Origin: a virus
Taxonomy: Duplodnaviria > Caudoviricetes
IMG/VR virus record: IMGVR_UViG_3300020460_000012
Reading direction: 5' to 3' (one strand)
DNA length: 64,000 bases
In this document: positions 1-10,326 of the stretch, piece after piece
Position numbering within the stretch: the first letter of the stretch is position 1
Layout: each line of letters starts with the position of its first letter
The notes under the pieces: model-generated
Database searches by the model: none
What the model saw: the letters and a program-made list of their open reading frames with translations, nothing else
Told to the model about the DNA's origin: nothing
Translations under genes and position numbers: made by a program

Positions 1-9
1 AAAAGACGT

Positions 10-981
10 ATGATTTATCTTAACATATGGAATGACATACACCCTATAGTGTCAAAACATGGTAATGATTACATGCTTAATAAATTAATTGATTTAAATA
101 AATCTGATGACATAGGAGTAATGTGTGCAGAAGAAGCAAGTATGCACGATATTCGCCCATTCCTACTTACTGATACTATGTCTAAGTTTAACAGATTATA
201 TATGGTTCAAGGAGGCTATGATAAAAATTATTATAGTTTTTTAGATAGTTTTAAAAATCTTAAATTTGAAATTTGGCCATATTACTTTTTATATGAAAGT
301 GTATACCATAATAATTCTGCGAACAACAAGCAACAAATAGACAGATTATTTTTGTGTATGAATTACAAGCCTAGAATACATAGGAAAAAATTATTAGATA
401 GATTGGCTAAATTTAATTTACTAGATTATAATTATTACACTTGGCATCAACCTAAAGAAAGTAAATTTTACAAACCAGATTTATTTGACGAAGATCAATA
501 CGAGTGGAAATATTGGAAACCTAAGCAAGTATACTTAGAAGGACAAACCTGGGATCAATATGCGCCACCAATACAAATGTCTAAGTGTGTAATTAATTTA
601 GTAACTGAATCTTTTTTACATTGCCCTTTTATAACTGAAAAAACATGGAATTCTATTATATCAAAAAAACCTTTTATAATTTTAGGAAATGTAGGTATAC
701 ACAGACATTTAGAAACACTAGGATTTAAATTACCAACTCAAATAAATTATTCATTTGATAGTGTTGCTGATAACGATTTGCGTATAACAATGATTGTAGA
801 TGAAATAAACAGACTATCAAAAAAGAATCTACAAGAATTAAGTGAAAGTATGCAAGATGTAGTAGAACACAACTACATGAAAGCAATAGATATCGTTAAA
901 ACAGAAAAACAGTCTAAGCACGTATATATACATTACAAAAAAATAATAGATAGAGCAAAGGATAAAGCTAATGGGATTTGA
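10..981 (+). CDS. Putative glycosyltransferase-like protein of phage modification islands
   Basis: C-terminal 'INLVTESF...FITEKTW...KKPFIILG' resembles GT-B-like C-terminal segments; lies next to sugar genes. Confidence 0.35.
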   Translation: MIYLNIWNDIHPIVSKHGNDYMLNKLIDLNKSDDIGVMCAEEASMHDIRPFLLTDTMSKFNRLYMVQGGYDKNYYSFLDSFKNLKFEIWPYYFLYESVYHNNSANNKQQIDRLFLCMNYKPRIHRKKLLDRLAKFNLLDYNYYTWHQPKESKFYKPDLFDEDQYEWKYWKPKQVYLEGQTWDQYAPPIQMSKCVINLVTESFLHCPFITEKTWNSIISKKPFIILGNVGIHRHLETLGFKLPTQINYSFDSVADNDLRITMIVDEINRLSKKNLQELSESMQDVVEHNYMKAIDIVKTEKQSKHVYIHYKKIIDRAKDKANGI

Positions 982-1570
982 AATAGTGCAAAGATTTGAG
1001 CAAGATATTGCACAATTTTATGGTGCTCCTTATGCAGTAGCAACAGATTCTTGCACACATGCTATTGAATTATGTTTACGCATTGAACCATTAGCGGCTA
1101 TGGTATGTCCTACCCATACTTACATTAGCGTACCTATGACTTTGCAAAAATTAAAATTGCCTTGGAGTTGGATAGATCAACCCTGGGAAGATTATTATTT
1201 TTTAGGTAATACAAGAATTATAGATGCCGCTGTGTATTGGCAAAAAGATAGTTATATATCTGATTCATTGATGTGTTTAAGTTTCCAATTTCAAAAACAC
1301 CTAAGTCTAGGGAGAGGCGGAGCAATACTATGTGATGATAAATTCACTTATGATGTTCTAAAACGTATGACTTATGATGGTCGTGATCCACATATTCCCT
1401 GGAAAGAACAAGATATTGAACACATAGGCTATCATTACTATATGACACCCGAAACTGCCCAACTAGGCTTAGATAGTCTTCCTGATGCAGAAATACGTAA
1501 GCCAAAAAAATGGACATCTGCAGATTATCCTGATCTCAGGAACATGACTGTTTTTCAAAATCTTAGATAA
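971..1570 (+). CDS. Short DegT/DnrJ/EryC1/StrS-family PLP sugar aminotransferase
   Basis: 'AVATDSCTHAIELCL' and 'SFQFQKHLSLGRGGAI' (PLP-lysine motif); only 199 aa. Confidence 0.75.
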   Translation: MGFEIVQRFEQDIAQFYGAPYAVATDSCTHAIELCLRIEPLAAMVCPTHTYISVPMTLQKLKLPWSWIDQPWEDYYFLGNTRIIDAAVYWQKDSYISDSLMCLSFQFQKHLSLGRGGAILCDDKFTYDVLKRMTYDGRDPHIPWKEQDIEHIGYHYYMTPETAQLGLDSLPDAEIRKPKKWTSADYPDLRNMTVFQNLR

Positions 1571-1589
1571 TTATATATGTACTTAATAA

Positions 1590-2417
1590 TTGAAGGAGAT
1601 ATGTGTGAAGTATGACAGGATATTTGCTTTCGGATGTAGTTATACAAGGTTTCCGTGGCCTACATGGGCAGATATAATTGCATATGATTTAGACATACCT
1701 TTCGAAAATTGGGCTAATGCAGGTCACGGCAATGTTTCTATTGCTCATCATATGTTAGAGTGTAACTTGCTAAAAAAGTTTACACCTAAAGATTTAATTC
1801 TTGTATGTTGGTCTACTTGGAATAGAGAAGATAGATTAATGCACGACGGTTGGCATGCAGGAGGGAATATTTTAAACAATAATTTTTATGGAAGTAAATG
1901 GCTTAAAAAATATTGGTCAGAGTATAATGACACAGCAAAAAATTGTTATGCAATTATTAGTGCAAACAAGATGCATAATATATCACATCAAAGTCATATA
2001 GCAGACTATGCAAATACTCCGTTAGATCAAGGCCCTGCATTGTCTTACAGTTTTAATACACCAAGATACATGGAATACGGATTAGATGTATTAGAAAAAG
2101 AGTTGCCTCAAAAAATTCTTTTTGATAATTTTAATAATAGTAAATTTGAAGGACAACTTACCGATCAGCATCCGGATATAAAAAGTCATTTAAATCATGC
2201 GTATTTGGTTTTAGATATGCTAGGAATAAACATGAAAGAAACAACTAAAAAAGGTTACACAAAATTACATAATGATGTTGTAAATAGTCTTAGAATGAAA
2301 TATGGAGGCACCCGTTTATCAGATTGGGCAAGGATAAAGGAATTTATGGTATCTTATAATTGGGGACATTTTATGAAAAGCAGAGATATTAATAGAAAGG
2401 TTGGTGAAGCACAATGA
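1590..2417 (+). CDS. SGNH/GDSL-like protein
   Basis: 'FAFGCSYT' block I-like and 'NWANAGHGN' block II-like motifs. Confidence 0.35.
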   Translation: MKEICVKYDRIFAFGCSYTRFPWPTWADIIAYDLDIPFENWANAGHGNVSIAHHMLECNLLKKFTPKDLILVCWSTWNREDRLMHDGWHAGGNILNNNFYGSKWLKKYWSEYNDTAKNCYAIISANKMHNISHQSHIADYANTPLDQGPALSYSFNTPRYMEYGLDVLEKELPQKILFDNFNNSKFEGQLTDQHPDIKSHLNHAYLVLDMLGINMKETTKKGYTKLHNDVVNSLRMKYGGTRLSDWARIKEFMVSYNWGHFMKSRDINRKVGEAQ

Positions 2418-3637
2418 AAATAGGTTTTATTGGTACAGGAAAATTAGGTATGCCTTGTGCAGAAGCTATAGCAGAAAAAGGACATGATGTTAGAGGCTAC
2501 GATGTAATTAATCATCAAAGCAAAACTGTTTTAATGTGCAGTGACATTTATACTTGTGTAAATGATAGAGATATTGTGTTTATTGCAGTGCCTACTCCTC
2601 ATGATCCTGCATACGATGGTCGTAAACCAACTGCACATCTTGAACCTAAAGATTTTAGCTATGATATTGTTATACAATGTTTAAAAGAAGCTAATAAGCA
2701 TATGAATAAAGAACAATTACTTGTGCTTATTAGCACAGTATTACCTGGCACCACACGTAGAGAATTTGCACACTTAGTCACTAATACTAGATTTGTGTAC
2801 AATCCTTATTTAATTGCAATGGGAAGCGTTGCCTGGGATATGGTTAACCCGGAAATGGTAATGATAGGTACCGAAGATGGAACCAAAACAGGTGATGCAC
2901 AAGAACTTGTAGAGTTTTATGAAACTGTTATGGAAAACAATCCACGCTACGAAGTTGGTACTTGGGACGAATGCGAGTGTATTAAGGTTTTTTATAACAC
3001 TTTTATAAGTGCTAAGATAGGACTTGTAAATATGATTCAAGATGTAGCTGAAAAACAAGGTAACATAAATGTTGATGTTGTTACTAATGCTCTTGCACAT
3101 AGCGATAAGCGTATAATGGGTCCACAGTATATGACAGCTGGTATGGGAGACGGCGGCGCATGTCATCCTAGAGATAATATCGCCTTACGCTATATGGCAC
3201 AAGAACTAGGATTAGGATATGATTTGTTTGACAGCATTATGCATGCAAGAGAAATACAAGCAGAAAATCTTGCCAAACGTTTAGTTGAAGAAGCTAAGGA
3301 AACAGACTTGCCTATTTTAATTCATGGAGCGGCGTACAAACCAGATGTACCTTATCAAGATGGTAGTTATAGTCTATTAGTTGGACATTATTGTGAGCAA
3401 ATGGGATATCATCCAATTTATGTTGATCCATATACACACCCTCAAAAAGGACCATTTAAAGCTGTAGCTTTGTTGGCACACAGTAGTGATGTTACATACA
3501 AGTATATGGGTAAAAAGCACAAACAAGAATTATATTGTTACTTAGAACCAGGTAGTATAATTGTTGATCCGTGGAGAACATTTGATAAAAGACAAAACGA
3601 ATTTAAGGTAGTATACTACGGGGATACAAGAAAGTAA
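2414..3637 (+). CDS. ugd: UDP-glucose/GDP-mannose dehydrogenase family
   Basis: Rossmann GTGKLG, 'FIAVPTP', 'YNPY', catalytic-Cys motif 'GDGGACHPRD'. Confidence 0.9.
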   Translation: MKIGFIGTGKLGMPCAEAIAEKGHDVRGYDVINHQSKTVLMCSDIYTCVNDRDIVFIAVPTPHDPAYDGRKPTAHLEPKDFSYDIVIQCLKEANKHMNKEQLLVLISTVLPGTTRREFAHLVTNTRFVYNPYLIAMGSVAWDMVNPEMVMIGTEDGTKTGDAQELVEFYETVMENNPRYEVGTWDECECIKVFYNTFISAKIGLVNMIQDVAEKQGNINVDVVTNALAHSDKRIMGPQYMTAGMGDGGACHPRDNIALRYMAQELGLGYDLFDSIMHAREIQAENLAKRLVEEAKETDLPILIHGAAYKPDVPYQDGSYSLLVGHYCEQMGYHPIYVDPYTHPQKGPFKAVALLAHSSDVTYKYMGKKHKQELYCYLEPGSIIVDPWRTFDKRQNEFKVVYYGDTRK

Positions 3638-4317
3638 TGTACGACATAGTTTTTATTTCATATCAAGAGCCTAATGCAGATGAAAATTATGGTAAACTAA
3701 AAGAACGTTTTCCATTAGCAAAACGTTTACATGGTGTAAAAGGAATTCATCAAGCCCATATTGCCGCGGCAAAAAAATGTTTTACAAAAATGTTTTGGAT
3801 TGTAGACGGCGATGCAATTATAGAAAATAATTTTAATTTTGATCACGAAGTTCCTTGGCACCAGTTAGATCATGTTCATGTTTGGCGTGCAAAAAATTCA
3901 GTAAATGGATTAATATATGGATATGGAGGAGTAAAATTATTTCCTAGACAAATGACTATTGACATGGATTTATCTAAGCCAGATATGACAACAAGTATAA
4001 GTGGAAAATTTAAAGCTATACAAGAGATAGCAAACACAACTGTATTTAATACTGATCCTTTTAATACATGGAAAAGTGCTTTTAGAGAATGTTGTAAATT
4101 AAGTAGTAAAGTTATTGATAAACAAAAAGATATAGAAACAGATAAAAGATTACACACTTGGTGTACAAGAGGAAAAACAAAACCATTTGGAGAATATGCA
4201 ATACAAGGTGCCTTAGCAGGTAAGGCATACGGTGAAGAGAACAGAACTATGCCAGAAAATTTACGTAAAATTAATGACTTTGATTGGTTATTGGAGAAAT
4301 TTAATGGAAACACATGA
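3637..4317 (+). CDS. Glycosyltransferase-like protein (GT-A, DxD)
   Basis: 'FWIVDGD' DxD motif; sugar-gene context. Confidence 0.45.
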   Translation: MYDIVFISYQEPNADENYGKLKERFPLAKRLHGVKGIHQAHIAAAKKCFTKMFWIVDGDAIIENNFNFDHEVPWHQLDHVHVWRAKNSVNGLIYGYGGVKLFPRQMTIDMDLSKPDMTTSISGKFKAIQEIANTTVFNTDPFNTWKSAFRECCKLSSKVIDKQKDIETDKRLHTWCTRGKTKPFGEYAIQGALAGKAYGEENRTMPENLRKINDFDWLLEKFNGNT

Positions 4318-5065
4318 GCTATTAGATAGATTAGCATTGCTGTACCCGGATAATGATCTTTTAAGAGATTTGCGTAGGGCTTTTGTTGATGACGATAGAA
4401 ATAGTTTACATAGAATTATTAGAAGTATTAATGATACAGAATTAACAAATAGTATCAGGTTACTTGATAACGACATGTCATTTGTTACAGACTCTTTGTC
4501 TCGTGGACAAATCAAAAGTAAAATGTGGATTATAAATGAGCTGAAAAAATTAAATTTAGATTTAGGCACAGTATTTCTTTGTGCAGGTTGGTACGGAATA
4601 CTTGCAACTTTAATTTTTGAAAACAATTTAAAAGTAAACAAAATAAGAAGTTTTGATATAGATAAATCTGTGTTAGACATTGCAGAACGCTTTAATAAAA
4701 AGTGGGTGCAAGATGATTGGAAATTTAAGCCAGCTACTTATGATATACATAAGATAGACTACACTGGATTTGCGTATGATGTAAGTAGATCAAACGGAGA
4801 GATAGTAGAGCTATATGACTCTCCAGATACAGTAATTAATACTTCATGTGAACATATATTTGACTTTGATGAATGGTACTTAAAAATACCTAAAGGAAAG
4901 TTATTAATACTTCAATCAAATGACTTTTTTGAAGGTACAGGTCATGTAAACTGTTGTGAAGTTTTGGAAGACTTTGAAGAACAAACTCCTTTTGAGGATA
5001 CCTTATATTCAGGAACACTTGATTTAAAAATGTATACAAGGTTTATGCGTATCGGATACAAGTAA
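4304..5065 (+). CDS. Class I SAM-dependent methyltransferase-like protein
   Basis: 'VFLCAGWYG', 'IRSFDID', 'VINTSCEH'; probable start ATG 4304. Confidence 0.45.
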   Translation: METHELLDRLALLYPDNDLLRDLRRAFVDDDRNSLHRIIRSINDTELTNSIRLLDNDMSFVTDSLSRGQIKSKMWIINELKKLNLDLGTVFLCAGWYGILATLIFENNLKVNKIRSFDIDKSVLDIAERFNKKWVQDDWKFKPATYDIHKIDYTGFAYDVSRSNGEIVELYDSPDTVINTSCEHIFDFDEWYLKIPKGKLLILQSNDFFEGTGHVNCCEVLEDFEEQTPFEDTLYSGTLDLKMYTRFMRIGYK

Positions 5066-6330
5066 TGGATAACGCTACTACTAAAAAAGTACTGGACAAA
5101 ATTAGTCCGAGCTTTTGTATAGCAAAATGGGCAAGAACAAATGTGAGGACCTATGAAGGTACTTCATATAGTTGTCATCATTGTAGGCCTATAATTACTC
5201 CTAAAGAAAATGTTGTTAATGATCACGAAACACTTACCAACAATGACAAAGTTAAAGATTATAGACAACAAATGTTAGATGGTGAACGGCCTGAAGAATG
5301 TAATTACTGTTGGACAAGGGAGGATCAGGGGTTTGTAAGTGATCGTATTTTGAAAAGTGCCAAGTTCATTACTGAACATAAAATGAATCCCTTTACAGTA
5401 GCAGAAAAATTAACACATGACCCTGTACATTTAGATATTGCATTTGACAGAACATGTAACTTTAAATGCTCCTACTGCGGCCCGCAAAATAGTAGCTTGT
5501 GGGCAGAAGAAATATCTCAATATGGAGACATAGAAGGATTACCTAGTTTTGTAAATAGAGAACAAATTTTAAACAAGGATGAAAATCCTTATAATGACGC
5601 ATTTTGGAAATGGTGGGACAGTGGGTTAAAAAACAGCCTAAGACATTTAACTATTACTGGAGGCGAACCTTTGCTTTCTAAACAATTTTGGAAAGTATTA
5701 GATAGAGTTGAGGAAGAAAAATTAGATATCACCGTTATGGTAAACACTAATTTATGTCCACCAGTCAAACTATTCAATAAATTTATGGATAGAGTAAAAA
5801 ATTTTAATCAAGATAAATTGATAGTCTCTACAAGCATTGAGTCTACAGGACAACGTGCAGAGTATAGTAGATATGGACTAAATTATGATATGTTTATGGA
5901 AAATTTTAAAACTATTTTAGATAATACTAAAATGAGAACAGCAGTAAATCTTACTAACAATGCTTTAAGTTTTACTTCTATGACAGATATAGTTGAAGAA
6001 ATTACAAAATTTAAAGCTAAATATGGTGCAAGGAGAATTATCTTACATAGTAATGATGTGACCTATCCTAAATATCTTAATTTAAGATTACTTCCTGAAA
6101 GTATTAAAAAACAAGAAGTAGCAAAGTTTAAAAAATTTATGAAATCAAATTTAGATCAATTTACAGAAATTGAAAAATTAAAATTTGCAAGAACACTTGA
6201 TGTTGCTTTAGTTGAAGAACCAGAAAAAGAAATGTATAGAGATCAATTTTTTAAATTTATTAAAGAATATGATAAAAGAAGAAACTTGAATTTTCAAGAT
6301 ACATTTCCAGAGTTGGCTAGGGTTATATAA
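5065..6330 (+). CDS. Radical SAM protein with N-terminal Cys-rich (twitch/SPASM-like) domain
   Basis: CNFKCSYC (CxxxCxxC), 'ITGGEPLL', N-terminal C..SCHHC..CNYC. Confidence 0.85.
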   Translation: MDNATTKKVLDKISPSFCIAKWARTNVRTYEGTSYSCHHCRPIITPKENVVNDHETLTNNDKVKDYRQQMLDGERPEECNYCWTREDQGFVSDRILKSAKFITEHKMNPFTVAEKLTHDPVHLDIAFDRTCNFKCSYCGPQNSSLWAEEISQYGDIEGLPSFVNREQILNKDENPYNDAFWKWWDSGLKNSLRHLTITGGEPLLSKQFWKVLDRVEEEKLDITVMVNTNLCPPVKLFNKFMDRVKNFNQDKLIVSTSIESTGQRAEYSRYGLNYDMFMENFKTILDNTKMRTAVNLTNNALSFTSMTDIVEEITKFKAKYGARRIILHSNDVTYPKYLNLRLLPESIKKQEVAKFKKFMKSNLDQFTEIEKLKFARTLDVALVEEPEKEMYRDQFFKFIKEYDKRRNLNFQDTFPELARVI

Positions 6331-7577
6331 TGTCTAAAACTAAAACACCATGGTGCATAGATCCATTTATACAAATGGCGCATACTGCTGATGGATTTTT
6401 TAGAGTATGCTGTATTGGCGAAGTAAAAAGAGAACGCAAAGATCTTAATACTAAGGCGATGACGCCTTTAGAATATTGGAATAGTGATGTAAGTAAACAA
6501 ATACGTAATGACATGTTTAAACCTATAGAGGAGTTTAGCGATACTACAAAATTTGCTTGCAGTCAATGTTTAAAAAATAATAGAGATGGTGTACGTAGTC
6601 GTAGACAAACAGAAAATACAAGGTACCGAGATAGTAAAAAAGCAAAAATAAATGTTATTAAGCATCTAAAAAATATTGATTACACTTATGAAGATTTACT
6701 TTATGTAAATTTTAAAGTTTTAGGAAACATATGTAACTTAAAATGTGTTATGTGTAGTGCTAATGCAAGTAGTAAAATTGCCGCTGAAGCAAAACAACAT
6801 TATGGATTTCCAAAAGGGTGGAGTGCAGGCGATAAAGCTGAGTTAGAACCTTTTACTCCTGATACACGTAATGACTATTTTACAGAATTACAAAAAATAA
6901 TCGACAGTATTCCTAAATTTAATCTTGTTGGCGGTGAAAACTTAATTCATCCAGACTTTCCTCGTTTATTCCAGATGTTTATAGACAGTCCAAATGTTGG
7001 CAATATAGATATGCTTATAATAACTAACGGTACAATAGTACCAGACATTGTTCAAGATAATGCACATTTGTTTAAAAGTATGACTATACTAATAAGTATG
7101 GACGGCGTATTTGAAAGAGGTTCTTATGTAAGATCTGGACTAAATTGGAAAAAGTTTGATACTAATGTAAGGAAGTTTGCAAATAATAAAGATGTGTTTT
7201 TACGATTAGTGCCAGCAATACAAATGCTAAATGTTGGATACGTAAAAGAGATGCATAATTGGATAGAGTCTGTAGGATTAGACCCTAAGATGGCTATAGA
7301 TTGGAATAATGTTGTTACATATCCTGAAACATTACGTGCAGTTAATTTACCACGCGAAATAAAACAACAGTATATGCGTAGAATGGTAGGACCTGACGTA
7401 ACTCATCCTTCAATAAGAGTTGTATTCAATATACTTAAACAGCCTCAATATAGTCATAAAGAGTTCATCGAAGGACTTAAATACTTAAGAAAGCTTGACA
7501 AAATTAGGAACACCAATTTATTAGATCATTTTCCTGAATTTGAGAAGTACATAGGAGAATTAGATGATAACAGATAA
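6330..7577 (+). CDS. Radical SAM protein with N-terminal Cys-rich domain
   Basis: CNLKCVMC, 'LVGGENLI', 'ITNGT', N-terminal 'WCIDPF..RVCC..CSQC'. Confidence 0.85.
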   Translation: MSKTKTPWCIDPFIQMAHTADGFFRVCCIGEVKRERKDLNTKAMTPLEYWNSDVSKQIRNDMFKPIEEFSDTTKFACSQCLKNNRDGVRSRRQTENTRYRDSKKAKINVIKHLKNIDYTYEDLLYVNFKVLGNICNLKCVMCSANASSKIAAEAKQHYGFPKGWSAGDKAELEPFTPDTRNDYFTELQKIIDSIPKFNLVGGENLIHPDFPRLFQMFIDSPNVGNIDMLIITNGTIVPDIVQDNAHLFKSMTILISMDGVFERGSYVRSGLNWKKFDTNVRKFANNKDVFLRLVPAIQMLNVGYVKEMHNWIESVGLDPKMAIDWNNVVTYPETLRAVNLPREIKQQYMRRMVGPDVTHPSIRVVFNILKQPQYSHKEFIEGLKYLRKLDKIRNTNLLDHFPEFEKYIGELDDNR

Positions 7578-8286
7578 GGAAAAGGCAGAATTAGCAAAGT
7601 TTAGCTATTACAAAAATTATAAAGAGGGACTTATTCCTTCACCAAAGATGATGGATTTAGTATGCGAAACTCAATTAGCGGCTTTGGGTGATTTTGTTCC
7701 ACTAAAAATAAAAATAAAATTAGGTAATTTTAAAAAAGAAATATCTAAGTATGATGGCAAGTGGGTTCCTTACCTTGCAAGAGAAGGTGAACAAAATGAT
7801 AGGCAAGGACTTAATTATGTAGGACTTGAGGGAGATACTCCATACGATAGTATTAGCTTGCCTGAAGTTAGAAAGCGTACAGGAAAACTATTACGTGAAA
7901 CTGATTTTACAGTTCCTACAGAATTATTTGAAACACTACCTAGTTTAAAGCCTATTACTAGTATTTGGCCAACACTTGGACGTTGTACTCTTGTAAAAGT
8001 AAACAAAGGAGGATGGTTTCCTTATCATAGAGATAGTGTATTAATTAATAGAAATACTTTTAGGATTATAGCCTTTCTTACTAACACAGGTCACGAAAGC
8101 TACCAATGGGAACATGATTATGCATTACGTAATATAGAAGAAGGCAGATGCTACTATGTAAATACACAAAAAGCACATAGGACGCATAGTTATGTTCATG
8201 ATAGTATACATTTAGTTATGAATGTACCAAAAACTTTTGATAATATCTTAAGGACAATGGATTTACTAAAACACGGCGAGACCTAA
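7564..8286 (+). CDS. 2OG-Fe(II) oxygenase (Asp/Asn beta-hydroxylase-like)
   Basis: 'PYHRDS' HxD plus distal 'AHRTHS', 'IHLVMN'. Confidence 0.6.
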   Translation: MITDKEKAELAKFSYYKNYKEGLIPSPKMMDLVCETQLAALGDFVPLKIKIKLGNFKKEISKYDGKWVPYLAREGEQNDRQGLNYVGLEGDTPYDSISLPEVRKRTGKLLRETDFTVPTELFETLPSLKPITSIWPTLGRCTLVKVNKGGWFPYHRDSVLINRNTFRIIAFLTNTGHESYQWEHDYALRNIEEGRCYYVNTQKAHRTHSYVHDSIHLVMNVPKTFDNILRTMDLLKHGET

Positions 8287-9002
8287 TGCGTGACCCTTCT
8301 ACAATAAAAAAGTTACAAGATAGAATGTCTCCTGCTTATTGCATAAGCAACTTTCTTACCGAACAAAATTTATCTGATTTATATAGTGTTTGGTTAAGCA
8401 CTCAAGATAGTGCAATAGAAAAAAACACCGGCCCTATAACTGTAAACTTAAAAGACATTCGACACGAAAAAATCATAAAAGATGTAATACAAAAAATTAA
8501 AAATGAAATAGGCGAGGATTGTGAATGTTGGGGCGGGCAATTTTTTTATACAAATGTTCCTTATGTAGTACACAACGACGATGACATTGATAGATTTCCA
8601 AATGCATATAAAGCCTTTAGTATGCCAATAAAAGTTTGGCCAGAAGAGAAAGAAAGTTCTCTAACTGAATTAATTTTGTTTGAACAATCATATTTTAACG
8701 GTCCTGCAAAGTTTTTTAAAGGAGGCCCTATACAACAAACTTATTATAATGTTGCAGTATATGATTACAAAGATGTCAAAAATATAAAAGATATACCTAT
8801 TCCAAAAGCAATTACCAATAAATTATTGCCTCATTTAAAAAGTGAATGGTTGCAAGGATTAAGTATTGATAATAAATTTTCTTGGCAAATAGGAGATGCA
8901 ATAGTTTTTGATTCTCTTAAGTTACATGCAAGCACAGACTTTAGGAAAAAAGGTATACAATCGAAATTAGGTCTAAGTTTATTTTTTGAGAAAGCATTAT
9001 GA
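8286..9002 (+). CDS. 2OG-Fe(II) oxygenase-like protein
   Basis: 'VHNDDD' HxD and 'GDAIVFDSLKLHAS'. Confidence 0.55.
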   Translation: MRDPSTIKKLQDRMSPAYCISNFLTEQNLSDLYSVWLSTQDSAIEKNTGPITVNLKDIRHEKIIKDVIQKIKNEIGEDCECWGGQFFYTNVPYVVHNDDDIDRFPNAYKAFSMPIKVWPEEKESSLTELILFEQSYFNGPAKFFKGGPIQQTYYNVAVYDYKDVKNIKDIPIPKAITNKLLPHLKSEWLQGLSIDNKFSWQIGDAIVFDSLKLHASTDFRKKGIQSKLGLSLFFEKAL

Positions 9003-9562
9003 GATTAGAAACATTCAATCATAAAACTATAAATGAGAGTCAGAGATACGCATTAGAAAGTCTATCTAAATACGCAAGTACATTAGATGATCCTGCCGCA
9101 AAAAATTATGCTGTAGAAGATTGGGAAGAAAGGGTAGACACTTTATTATATGCTTTTTACAAGAAAAAAAGATTTGAAATATTTAATATTTTATATCATC
9201 AAGATACACCTATAGCAATGGCAGGAGCATATGTTTTTAATCACCAACCAATCATTGGAGTAAGAACATTTACCCATCCAGATTTTAGAGGTGGAGGACA
9301 TTGGTGTCAAGCAAGATACATACTTCCTGCTCAAATAGATTATTACGATGAAAAAGGATATAAAAAAGTATGGCTCACTTTTAATGATTATAATAAGCGT
9401 TTAGTAAATTTTATTAAACGTATAAGTGAAGGTAAATCTTCACATTTAGGTGGAGGCCCAAAAAAAATATATCAAAATCTCACATGGCATGACCAGCCAA
9501 AGACTGTACAATACACAAAACAAATAATTGCCGAACTAGTTATTGCTGACTATAAATCCTGA
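8999..9562 (+). CDS. GNAT-like acyltransferase (tentative)
   Basis: 'RTFTHPDFRGGG' resembles the acetyl-CoA-binding motif A. Confidence 0.35.
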   Translation: MRLETFNHKTINESQRYALESLSKYASTLDDPAAKNYAVEDWEERVDTLLYAFYKKKRFEIFNILYHQDTPIAMAGAYVFNHQPIIGVRTFTHPDFRGGGHWCQARYILPAQIDYYDEKGYKKVWLTFNDYNKRLVNFIKRISEGKSSHLGGGPKKIYQNLTWHDQPKTVQYTKQIIAELVIADYKS

Positions 9563-9568
9563 TAAATA
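9561..9568 (+). promoter_or_regulatory. T4-like late promoter GATAAATA, 5 nt before the desaturase ATG
   Basis: GATAAATA-ttaac-ATG; no Shine-Dalgarno. Confidence 0.55.
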
Positions 9569-9573
9569 TTAAC

Positions 9574-10326
9574 ATGAAGGACATTTTTAGAGCAAATACA
9601 ACCTATTTTCCGTTTATACAAGCTGTCAGTACAGTAACATTTGTATACATGTTATTTCAGTCAGTGCCTATGCAATGGTGGTTGTTAAGCATGGCTATGT
9701 ATTTTTTAACTGGTTGTTTAGGTATAACTATAACTTTTCATAGGTATTTGACTCATAAAAGTTTTAAATTTAGATATAAATGGATGGAATATTTGTTTTC
9801 GTTTTTTGGTGCAATAGGTGGAACAGGCAGTTCAATAGGTTGGGTAGCTGTGCATAACGAACATCATAAAAATGCAGATCAACCAGGAGATCCTCATGCT
9901 CCACATAACGGTTTTTGGAATGTTATTATTCCTTCGTATGAATTTGATATGAACAAATGGGCTGTAAGAAGGCTTATAACAAACAAATTTCATTTAGCAT
10001 TACACAACTATTACTATTTGATATTATTAGTATGGTTTGCACTACTTTTCCTATTAGGTGGAAGTAATGTATTAATTTTTGCAGGTATTATTCCTGTTGC
10101 ATTTCAGATTTGGGCTAGCGTATTAAGTAATTACGGCAATCATAGTTGGGGGTACCGTAATTTTAAAACAAAAGAAGACAGTAGGAATACTTGGTGGTTA
10201 GCCGCAATTACATGGGGTGAAGGCTGGCATAATAATCATCATGCTAAGCCGGGTAAATGGAATTTTCAATATAAGTGGTGGGAACTTGACCCAAGTGCTT
10301 GGATAATTCGATTAGTTAAGATTTAA
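9574..10326 (+). CDS. Membrane fatty-acid (delta-9-type) desaturase
   Basis: His boxes HRYLTH, HNEHH, HNNHH; 'TWGEGWHNNHH'; hydrophobic helices. Confidence 0.9.
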   Translation: MKDIFRANTTYFPFIQAVSTVTFVYMLFQSVPMQWWLLSMAMYFLTGCLGITITFHRYLTHKSFKFRYKWMEYLFSFFGAIGGTGSSIGWVAVHNEHHKNADQPGDPHAPHNGFWNVIIPSYEFDMNKWAVRRLITNKFHLALHNYYYLILLVWFALLFLLGGSNVLIFAGIIPVAFQIWASVLSNYGNHSWGYRNFKTKEDSRNTWWLAAITWGEGWHNNHHAKPGKWNFQYKWWELDPSAWIIRLVKI

